A stretch of DNA of 64,000 nucleotides from assembly GCA_965223855.1 (NCBI GenBank), contig CBDCXM010000009.1, positions 1,120,001-1,184,000 on the forward strand, read 5' to 3'. Origin of the DNA: Candidatus Multivoradales bacterium. GTDB taxonomy: Bacteria > Acidobacteriota > Thermoanaerobaculia > Multivoradales > JAHEKO01. The position numbers and the translations under genes were made by a program. The notes under the pieces are model-generated. The model was not told the origin of the DNA, ran no database searches, and saw nothing but the letters and a program-made list of their open reading frames with translations. Positions 56,264 to 64,000 of this stretch are shown here, piece after piece (positions within the stretch are counted from its first letter, which is position 1; each line of letters starts with the position of its first letter).

Positions 56264-58726
56264 ATGCTTGGAAAGAGCGAACGGGCCGGGCGGATGCCGG
56301 AGAGCCTCGTCGCGAGCGCGGTCGGTCTGGCGCTCGCGTTGAGCCTCCCTGCCTGTCGCTCGGAGCCGTCGAAGCCGGAGGAGGCCGTTCGGGTGGCGCA
56401 GGAAGGCTCCGCCGAGCGGCAGGACGAGACCGCGGCGGTCGTTGCAGCCCAGACCGCGCCGCCACCACCCCCGAAGCCCGCCCCGGTTCCGAAGTGCGAG
56501 ACGGAGGGCTACCCCTGCACCTGGGCGGAGGTGGCATCGGAGATCGTCGAGAGGACGGATGACCTGGCGCGGGAGGGCCTCGGTCGAATGGCCGACGGTG
56601 CCGCGGTGCCGGAGGTTGCCGGCTGGCTGGCGTCGCAGGGAGACGTCGAGGCGGTGATGACCGACGGCCGCATGGTTCGTTTCCGTCTTGCCGGCGGGCG
56701 CCCGGTGTGGGTGACGGAGGCGCTCCCGGAGAGTTTCGACACCCGGGGGTTCGCCTCTCCGGCGTTCGCGCAGCCCCCCGGTTCCGGCGCCGGAGGGCCG
56801 GACGACCCGATCGGGAAGAATCCGCCGGGCAGGATTCCCTGGAAGAAGGCGCTCATCCTGGCGCCCTTTCAATGGCACTTCGGCGATCGCGAGGTCGACG
56901 ACCTTCTCCTGCATCTGGGACTGGCTGGCGAGGCCGATCAGGATCCCTTCGCCGTGCGCGACTACCGGTGCGGCGGCGACTCCCAGTGCGTGGAGATCAA
57001 GGCCAACGATCTCGTGCAGCTCGATCCCAACGTGATGTGCTCCGCCATCCCCGGCAGTTGCCCGATGGCGTACGGCGTCGACCGAAGCGACTTCAAGGGT
57101 TGGCAGAACTACGACCTCATCCACGTCGGAACCCACGGCTTCTATCTTTGCGGCACGAGCGATCCCGAGGAGGTCGTGCAGTGGCTCACGGCCACCACGT
57201 CGGCCGTCGGCGGCCGGGATCTCGCAGGGACATCCGCCAAGCTGGTCGGAGGCGGCTGCGTCGTCGGGCTGGCCACCGGCCGGGTGTTTCCCGAGGGGAG
57301 CGTGGCGGTCGGCTCGGTGACCGACCCCGGAGTCGAGTACATCTATGCCGGCATCGGGCGCTACTGCGACCATGCGCCGCCCGGCTCGGTACGGTGGGTC
57401 CAGCAGTTCTGCGACAAGCCCGACTTCCTGCTGGAGCTGGTGACCGACGACTTCTTCGTCGCCGAGTACGGCGGGGCGCTCAAGGACAAGATGATCTTCC
57501 TCAACGCCTGCTCGGCGCTGGCGGACGGCGGCATCGCGCTCGGGCTGAGCTCGGGCGACTCGGTGGTTCTCGGCTGGAGCGACCCGGTGCCGGTCGGCAC
57601 CGCGCTGAGGGTGTCGGAGACCTTCTACGAAGCCTACCTGCGCAACAACCTGCCGGCGGTCGATGCATGGCTCGAGGCGGCGCAGAGTGTCGGAGCGAAC
57701 ATCCCCGTGAGCCTCGAGATCGACCAGGCCTGGAGAACCTCGCTGCCGGCGGATCTGGAGCCGGCGGTGCTCGAGTCGACCGAACTCGAGTCGAGCGGCA
57801 CCCGCCAGCGTCGCGGTCGCGAGATGGTCTCGGTGCGCTGGAAGGACTCCGACGTCGAGATCGAGGACGGCTCCACGCTCGAGACCCGCAGCGCGGACGA
57901 TGAGACGTGCGAGGTGGAGCTGGGGCTGGTGCTCGAGGGGGTGCCGGAGGAGCAGGATCCCGCTTCGATGCCGCTGACGCTCGAGGCGAACGGCAACCGG
58001 GTCGACCGCCAGTTCAGGGCGACCGAGGAGGCCGGCCCGTATCGCTTCCGCTTCGACGGGACGGTGCCGATCCCGAAGAGTGAAGCGCGCTCCTTCGATC
58101 TGGAGATCTCGGCACAGCTTCCCAGGGGCGGCGTCAGCCGGTGGCGCTATGAGGACCTCAGCACTCCGTGCGGCGAGTGCTACTTCAAGGCTCGTCTGAG
58201 CGGGGATCCCGCGCGCACCCTCGTCGAGGGAGAAGCCGCGATCTGGAGCGAGCCGCTGCAGGACTCCGCCCGCATCGCCCGCCCGCTGATGAACATGCTC
58301 GAAGCCCTAGGGATGCAGGAGGAGCTGGTCGGCGCCGACTCCGAGACCGTGGACCGTGTCCTCGACGAGATGGCCGGCACGAGCTCCTTCGTCCTCAAGT
58401 TCAACGAAGCCTCGGGAGAGATGCTCTCGTTCGACCTCACCACCCAGCCGAACGAAGGGGGGCTCGGCAGCGGAGAGGTCGGAGGGATGCTGGCCATTGA
58501 CGGACTGGGCTTCATCCTCAACGCCCAGCTCGAGATACACACTCGCGACGAGGGCTGGATCGAAGGGACGCTCTCCGGAACCGGGGTCGGGGCCACCCTC
58601 GAAGGGGGGGCTGGCGTCATGACGTCACCCACCACCGCGCGGCCACTGAAGGTGCAGGTCGACGTCGAGTTCCGCGCCGGCAATCCGGCACGGGGTGCCT
58701 TCTGCACGATCGACGAAGGAGAGTGA
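56264..58726 (+). CDS. Large lipoprotein with putative caspase-hemoglobinase (clan CD) peptidase domain (alternative start 56294)
   Basis: LPAC lipobox, Pro-rich linker, YDLIHVGTHG ... MIFLNACS ... VVLGWSDPV. Confidence 0.65.
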   Translation: MLGKSERAGRMPESLVASAVGLALALSLPACRSEPSKPEEAVRVAQEGSAERQDETAAVVAAQTAPPPPPKPAPVPKCETEGYPCTWAEVASEIVERTDDLAREGLGRMADGAAVPEVAGWLASQGDVEAVMTDGRMVRFRLAGGRPVWVTEALPESFDTRGFASPAFAQPPGSGAGGPDDPIGKNPPGRIPWKKALILAPFQWHFGDREVDDLLLHLGLAGEADQDPFAVRDYRCGGDSQCVEIKANDLVQLDPNVMCSAIPGSCPMAYGVDRSDFKGWQNYDLIHVGTHGFYLCGTSDPEEVVQWLTATTSAVGGRDLAGTSAKLVGGGCVVGLATGRVFPEGSVAVGSVTDPGVEYIYAGIGRYCDHAPPGSVRWVQQFCDKPDFLLELVTDDFFVAEYGGALKDKMIFLNACSALADGGIALGLSSGDSVVLGWSDPVPVGTALRVSETFYEAYLRNNLPAVDAWLEAAQSVGANIPVSLEIDQAWRTSLPADLEPAVLESTELESSGTRQRRGREMVSVRWKDSDVEIEDGSTLETRSADDETCEVELGLVLEGVPEEQDPASMPLTLEANGNRVDRQFRATEEAGPYRFRFDGTVPIPKSEARSFDLEISAQLPRGGVSRWRYEDLSTPCGECYFKARLSGDPARTLVEGEAAIWSEPLQDSARIARPLMNMLEALGMQEELVGADSETVDRVLDEMAGTSSFVLKFNEASGEMLSFDLTTQPNEGGLGSGEVGGMLAIDGLGFILNAQLEIHTRDEGWIEGTLSGTGVGATLEGGAGVMTSPTTARPLKVQVDVEFRAGNPARGAFCTIDEGE

Positions 58727-58775
58727 CGCTCTCCCCGCCTTCGTTCGCCGCGCGCCGTCGAGTTGCGGGGCTGGA

Positions 58776-60398
58776 CTAGAGCTTTCGCGCCGTGTTGATG
58801 ACGTTCGCACCGTCGAAGCGCGTCGTCGAGCTGCCGTGCGACACGGCGCTCACCTGGCCCGGCTGCCCCTTGCCGTCGAAGAAGGTGCCGAAGGTGCGGT
58901 AGTCGCGCTCGTCGCAGATCGCCGAGCAGGAGTTCCAGAACTCCTGGGTGTTCGACTGGTAGGCGACGTCGCGCAGCATCCCCTTGATCTCGCCGTTCTC
59001 GATCTCGTAGAAGAGCTGGCCGCCGAACTGGAAGTTGTAGCGCTGCTGGTCGATCGAGTACGAGCCACGGCCGATGATGTAGATCCCCTTCTCGACGCCG
59101 GCGATCATCTCGGCGACCGACAGCGGCTCCTTGCCCGGCGCGAGCGAGACGTTCGGCATCCGCTGAAACTGGATCGAGCTCCACGAATCGGCGTAGCAGC
59201 AGCCGTGCGACTCCTTCTCGCCGAGGATGTGGACCTGATCGCGGATCGCCTGGTAGTTGACGAGAATGCCGTCGCGCACCAGGTCCCAGCGCTTCGTCGG
59301 CACTCCCTCGTCGTCGTAGCCGACGTGGCCGAGCGAGCCGACCTGCGTCTTGTCGGCGAAGAGGTTGACGATCTTCGAGCCGTACTCGAACTTCTTCGAC
59401 TGCCATTTGTCGAGGGTCGCGAAACTGGTGCCGGCGTAGTTGGCTTCGTAGCCGAGCACCCGGTCGAGCTCGAGCGGGTGGCCGACCGACTCGTGGATGG
59501 TGAGCCCCAGGTGCGTCGGGTCGAGCACGAGGTCGTACTTGCCGGGCTCGACCGACCTGGCACCGTGCTTCGCCTTCGCCTGCTGCGCCGCCGCGATCGC
59601 GTCCTCGCGCATGTCGTACGACTTGCGGTAGAGGGTCGTCTCGCCCGCGATCTTGTCTTCCTTCTTCCCCGCCAGGTACTCCCACCCCATCCCCATCGGC
59701 GAGGCGAGACCGTTCCTGGTCTCGAACTTGCCGCTCTCGGCATCGACCGCGGTGACGGTGAAGGTCGGCCACAACCGATGGACGTCCTGGTCGATGTAGG
59801 AACCATCGGTCGAGGCGAAGTACTTCTGCTCGTTGACCTGAAAGAGGTTGTTCGAGATGAAGCTCGCCCCCGCCTCCATCGCCGCCGCGTTGACGTCGAG
59901 CAGCAGCTCGACCTTCTCGGAGAGCGGTACGTCGAAGCAGCTCTTCTCGATCGGTGTGCGCCAGCTGACCTCGCCGACCCCCTTGACCGGGGCGAGTTGC
60001 ACCGTCTCGGTCTGGAGCCGCGCGTTGGCCTTGGCGATCGCCACCGCCTGCTTCGCGGTGGCGGCGAGCGCGTCGGTCGTGACGTCCGAAGTGGCGGCGA
60101 ACCCCCAGGCACCGTCGGCCAGCACCCGAACGCCGGCACCGTAGGACTCGGTATCGACGAGGTTCTGCACCTTGTCCTCGCGGGTGATGACGAACTGGTT
60201 GAGGTAGCGGCCGATCCGCACGTCGGCGTAGGCGGCACCCGAACCGGTCGCCGCTTCGAGCGCCGCGTCGGCGAGCGCCTTGCGGCCGCCCTCGGCGACC
60301 GGCGTCGTCGCGCCCAGGAGGCGCGGGCTTCCGAGGACCGGCACGGCGAGGGTGCCGACTCCGAGTCCGCTCAGACGAAGAAACTCTCTGCGATCCAC
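58776..60398 (-). CDS. TldD/PmbA family metalloprotease (TldD type) with Tat signal
   Basis: GGAGG RBS, MDRREFL, GA.YADVR, GVRVL..GAWGFA, HESVGH..ELDR, YDDEG, RMPN.SL, GKGQPGQ...VSHG. Confidence 0.92.
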   Translation of the reverse strand: MDRREFLRLSGLGVGTLAVPVLGSPRLLGATTPVAEGGRKALADAALEAATGSGAAYADVRIGRYLNQFVITREDKVQNLVDTESYGAGVRVLADGAWGFAATSDVTTDALAATAKQAVAIAKANARLQTETVQLAPVKGVGEVSWRTPIEKSCFDVPLSEKVELLLDVNAAAMEAGASFISNNLFQVNEQKYFASTDGSYIDQDVHRLWPTFTVTAVDAESGKFETRNGLASPMGMGWEYLAGKKEDKIAGETTLYRKSYDMREDAIAAAQQAKAKHGARSVEPGKYDLVLDPTHLGLTIHESVGHPLELDRVLGYEANYAGTSFATLDKWQSKKFEYGSKIVNLFADKTQVGSLGHVGYDDEGVPTKRWDLVRDGILVNYQAIRDQVHILGEKESHGCCYADSWSSIQFQRMPNVSLAPGKEPLSVAEMIAGVEKGIYIIGRGSYSIDQQRYNFQFGGQLFYEIENGEIKGMLRDVAYQSNTQEFWNSCSAICDERDYRTFGTFFDGKGQPGQVSAVSHGSSTTRFDGANVINTARKL

Positions 60399-60522
60399 GG
60401 CCACCTCCCTGGAAGTCCTGCCTCGTTGCGTCGTGTGGAGCTCGCGACTGTACGCTCACCGATGGTACGGCAAACTGCCCGGGAGAGTTCGCCCGTCCCG
60501 TTCGGCTCCCTGGAGGTTGATG

Positions 60523-61728
60523 ATGTTGCGTTCCCCGGCTCGTTTCGCGCTGTCGCCCCGATTCATGGTGCTTGTGCTTCTCGGGCTTGCAGTTCTCGGC
60601 GCGGGCGCCCTGCCGGCGACCGACATTCAGGTCGACACGACGCTCGACGAAGTTGCCGACAACGGCAACTGCACCCTGCGGGAGGCGATCCTCGCGGCCA
60701 ACACCAATCTGGCGGTCGATGGCTGTGACGCCGGGCAGGCAGGGCCGCCGAACACCGATCGGGTGCTGATCCCGGCGGGCCTCTACGTGCTGAGCGTCGG
60801 TGCTTCCGGGGAGGATGACGGCGAGGAGGGTGACCTCGATCTCACCGACAACGTGTCGGTCGAGGGGGCGGGAGCGCGGTTGACGGTGATCGACGGCGGC
60901 GGGATCGATCGGGTCTTCGACGTCGATCCGAACGGCGACAACGTCGTCGCCGCGATCGTCGGCCTCACGGTGCGCAACGGCGACGCCGGTGGCGGCGAGG
61001 GCGGCGGGGTGCGCAACGATGCGACGCTGACGATCGACCGGGTGCTGCTGACGGGCAACTCCGCCGGCGGTCCGGGCGGTGCGATCCGCAACGACGACGA
61101 CCTGTTCGTCCTCCGGTCGACGCTCGCCGGCAACACGACCGGCGATCACGGCGGCGGTCTCGACAACCACGGCAGCGCGTTCCTCGAGAACGTCACGGTG
61201 TCCGGCAACATGGTCACCGGCGGTGGGGTGGGCGGCGGTCTCTACAACCTGTCGGGGGAGACGATGACGATCTCCGCCGTCACGGTGGTCGGCAACTCGG
61301 CGGGGGCGGGCGACGCGATCCACAACGCCGGAACCCTGACGGCGACCAACGCCCTGCTGTCCGGAGACTGCGACGGCGAGATCGACACCAGCAACGGAGG
61401 GAGCCTCGAGAGTCCGGGGGACACCTGCGGGCTGGACGGCCCGGGCGACCAGGTGTCGGTCGCCGATCCGGTGCTCGGGCCGCTCGCGGACAACGGCGGG
61501 GAGACCGATACTCACGCACTCCTCCCCGGCAGTCCGGCGATCGAGGCCGGAAACACCGCCGCCTGCCCGGCCGCCGATCAACGCGGCGTGACACGGCCGT
61601 TCGACGGCGACGGCGACGGCACTCCGGAGTGCGACGGCGGCGCCTTCGAGTCGGACCTCGGGGTCTTCGTCTTCGGCGACGGCTTCGAGAGCGGCGACAC
61701 CTCGGCGTGGTCGGCGACCGTGCCCTGA
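60523..61728 (+). CDS. Secreted beta-helix protein (CSLREA / choice-of-anchor Q type) with FxDGFESG tail
   Basis: Signal peptide, CTLREAI, GDLD, GGG/N repeats, LGPLADNGG.T.THAL..GSPAI, DQRG..R, CD.GAFE, VFGDGFESGDTSAWS. Confidence 0.88.
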   Translation: MLRSPARFALSPRFMVLVLLGLAVLGAGALPATDIQVDTTLDEVADNGNCTLREAILAANTNLAVDGCDAGQAGPPNTDRVLIPAGLYVLSVGASGEDDGEEGDLDLTDNVSVEGAGARLTVIDGGGIDRVFDVDPNGDNVVAAIVGLTVRNGDAGGGEGGGVRNDATLTIDRVLLTGNSAGGPGGAIRNDDDLFVLRSTLAGNTTGDHGGGLDNHGSAFLENVTVSGNMVTGGGVGGGLYNLSGETMTISAVTVVGNSAGAGDAIHNAGTLTATNALLSGDCDGEIDTSNGGSLESPGDTCGLDGPGDQVSVADPVLGPLADNGGETDTHALLPGSPAIEAGNTAACPAADQRGVTRPFDGDGDGTPECDGGAFESDLGVFVFGDGFESGDTSAWSATVP

Positions 61729-61811
61729 CGGTCGGCGCCGCGGTCGCCCATGGGCTACTGCGCCCTGTGGGCGCCGAGTAGAATCGCGGGCTCGCACCGC
61801 ACGGAGCCGCT

Positions 61812-63017
61812 GTGTTTCTACTCGAGAACGCCGACGTCTATTCGCCCCGACCTCTGGGCCCGCAGTGGATCCTCGTTGCCGGCGAGAGGGTGGCGTGGAT
61901 GGGCGACTCTGCCCCCGACCTCGGCTCGCGGCTGGAGGTCGAACGGATCGATCTCGAGGGTCGACGACTGATCCCGGGGCTGATCGACGGCCACGTCCAC
62001 GTCACCGGTGGCGGTGGTGAGTCGGGGCCGGCGAGTCGCGTTCCGGCACCACCCCTGAGCGGCTACACCCTCGGCGGCGTGACGTCCGTCGTCGGTCTGC
62101 TGGGCACCGACGACCTCACCCGCACGACCGGCGACCTGGTGACGCGAGTCCGGGCGCTCGAGGAGGAAGGGCTCTCGGCGTGGTGCTACACCGGCGGCTA
62201 CCACTATCCGCCGACCACCCTGACCGGCTCGGTGCGCGGCGACATCGTCTACCTCGATCGGGTGATCGGGGTCGGCGAGCTGGCGATCTCCGACCACCGC
62301 TCGAGTCAGCCGTCGTTCGACGAGTTCCTGAGGGTCGCCGCCGACGCTCACGTCGGCGGGCTGATGACCGGCAAGGCGGGGACCCTGCATCTCCATCTCG
62401 GCGACGGCGAGCGCGGGCTCGAGCTCGTGCGACGCGCTCTCGCCGAGAGTGAGCTGCCGGCGCGGGTCTTCCATCCCACTCACGTCAACCGCCGCGACGC
62501 CCTGCTCGACGAGGCGTTCGCCATGGCGCAGCAGGGGGTGACGATCGACCTGACGGCGTTCCCGGTGGCGGACGACGAGGACGGCCGGACGGCCGCCGCC
62601 GCGCTCGGCGCCTATCTCGACGCCGGGCTGCCCGGCGAGCGGGTGACCGTGAGCTCGGATGGAGGCGGCTGTCTGCCGACCTTCGACGGCGACGGGCGGA
62701 TCGTCGAGATGGAGGTCGGCGACCCGGCGGCGATGCTCGGTGCTCTGGAGGCGCTGCTGATGGCGGGCCGCGCCCTCGAGGCCGTCCTCCCGGCTTTCAC
62801 CAGCAATGTCGCCGACCTGTTGCGGCTGCCCGGCAAGGGGCGGGTCGCGGTCGGGGACGACGCCGACTTCGTGGTGCTTGACGAGCACCACTGCGCTCGC
62901 GACGTGATGGCGCGCGGCCGCTGGCACGTGCGTGGCGGCGAGGCGGTGCGACGCGGTACTTTCGAGGGCGCTGTTTTCGAATCTCCGGCAACCCGCGATC
63001 CGAAGCCAGGATCGTGA
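61812..63017 (+). CDS. iadA: Isoaspartyl dipeptidase (beta-aspartyl peptidase)
   Basis: PGLIDGHVH.TGGGGE, GVTSVVGLLGTD, GE.AISDHRSSQP, HLGDG, PTHVNR, SSDG.G.LP.F. Confidence 0.94.
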   Translation: MFLLENADVYSPRPLGPQWILVAGERVAWMGDSAPDLGSRLEVERIDLEGRRLIPGLIDGHVHVTGGGGESGPASRVPAPPLSGYTLGGVTSVVGLLGTDDLTRTTGDLVTRVRALEEEGLSAWCYTGGYHYPPTTLTGSVRGDIVYLDRVIGVGELAISDHRSSQPSFDEFLRVAADAHVGGLMTGKAGTLHLHLGDGERGLELVRRALAESELPARVFHPTHVNRRDALLDEAFAMAQQGVTIDLTAFPVADDEDGRTAAAALGAYLDAGLPGERVTVSSDGGGCLPTFDGDGRIVEMEVGDPAAMLGALEALLMAGRALEAVLPAFTSNVADLLRLPGKGRVAVGDDADFVVLDEHHCARDVMARGRWHVRGGEAVRRGTFEGAVFESPATRDPKPGS

Positions 63018-63030
63018 ACCGAGGTGTGAC

Positions 63031-63891
63031 ATGAGCGGTGGTTTGATCATTCCGATCGGCGGCGCCGAGGACCGGATGCGCGATCCTGCGATCCTGCAGA
63101 AGTTCGTCGACGTCTGCGGCGGCAGGGACGCCCGGATCGCCATCATCCCGACGGCCTCGAGCCTCCCCGAGACCGGCCCCGGCTACGAGAAGGTCTTCGA
63201 GGAACTCGGCGTGCGGCTGGTGCGCTCACTGCCGCTCGAGACGCGCGAGGACTGCAACGATCCGCGCTGGCTCGAACGGCTGGAACGCGCCGACGGCGTC
63301 TTCCTGACCGGCGGCAACCAGTTGAAGCTCTCGACCACCATCGGCGGCACCGAAGTGGCTCGGACCCTCAGGCGGCGCAATGCCGAAGAGGGGCTCCACG
63401 TCGCCGGCACCTCGGCCGGCGCGGCGATCCTCTCCGAGCACATGATCGCGTTCGGCGACGAGGGGTCGACCCCGCACGCCGACATGGTGACGCTGGCGCC
63501 CGGTATCGGGCTCACCCAGAGGGTGATCATCGATCAGCACTTCCGCCAGCGCGACCGGCTGGGGCGACTGCTGACCGCACTGGCCTTCAATCCGCGCGGC
63601 ATCGGCATCGGGCTCGACGAGGACACCGCCGCCTTCCTCTCTCCCGACGGCCTGCTGAAGGTGCGCGGCAGCGGCGCGATCACGGTCGTCGATCCCTCGG
63701 AGCTGGAGTTCTCGTCGATGGATTCGGCGAAACGGCTCGAGCCGGTGTGCATGCTCAACGTGCGGCTTCACATCCTGATCGAGGGGGCGACCTACGACAT
63801 CCCGTCGCGCAGCGCCGCGCCGCCGCCCGCACTCCAGCCGGAGGAGACGCCGTCGAAGGAGCCCGCGCCGAAGGAGGCGGTCACGCCATGA
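63031..63891 (+). CDS. cphB: Cyanophycinase (S51)
   Basis: IGGAED, IPTAS, TGGNQ, GTSAGA, IDQHF.QRDR.GRL, GIGLDEDT. Confidence 0.95.
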   Translation: MSGGLIIPIGGAEDRMRDPAILQKFVDVCGGRDARIAIIPTASSLPETGPGYEKVFEELGVRLVRSLPLETREDCNDPRWLERLERADGVFLTGGNQLKLSTTIGGTEVARTLRRRNAEEGLHVAGTSAGAAILSEHMIAFGDEGSTPHADMVTLAPGIGLTQRVIIDQHFRQRDRLGRLLTALAFNPRGIGIGLDEDTAAFLSPDGLLKVRGSGAITVVDPSELEFSSMDSAKRLEPVCMLNVRLHILIEGATYDIPSRSAAPPPALQPEETPSKEPAPKEAVTP

Positions 63892-64000
63892 AGGTCCTGT
63901 CGCGAGCGGTCTACCTCGGGCCGAGCCTCTACGCCCACTTCCCGGTCATCCGGCTGACCCTCGACCTCGAGGAGCTAGAGGAGTGGCCGAGCGGGCGACT
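63888..64000 (+). CDS. cphA: Cyanophycin synthetase, N-terminal fragment (runs off window)
   Basis: MKVLSRAVYLGPSLYAHFPVIRLTLDLEELEEWPS resembles the CphA1 N-terminus; ATGA overlap with cphB. Confidence 0.82.
   Translation, partial: MKVLSRAVYLGPSLYAHFPVIRLTLDLEELEEWPSGR

Noticed and set aside
60462-60479. TGGTACGGCAAACTGC as a sigma54 promoter for the CSLREA gene
   Set aside because: GG-GC spacing is 11 rather than 10.

Overview
This is a GC-rich, gene-dense bacterial chromosomal window with about 55 genes. The Oar-like TonB receptor, the sortilin/BNR proteins, the wHTH-TM regulators and a C-terminal 'GFESGDTSAWS' tail suggest Acidobacteriota (Thermoanaerobaculia-like), which is an inference. 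Main content: an ispH-pta-purD operon, a sigma54-driven outer-membrane barrel, an RHH/RelE-like toxin-antitoxin pair, many exported peptidases (M13, YpfJ, M3, Tat-TldD) and two TonB receptors with distinctive regulatory DNA. Further along are a ferritin-like/class II photolyase/FeS-BCP photolyase operon, an AlkP/sulfatase/radical-SAM cluster, a CadC-like regulator facing a probable clan CD protease lipoprotein, and an iadA-cphB-cphA cyanophycin cluster cut by the right edge. I saw no rRNA, tRNA, CRISPR array or transposase. All calls come from motif recognition by eye; no searches were run.
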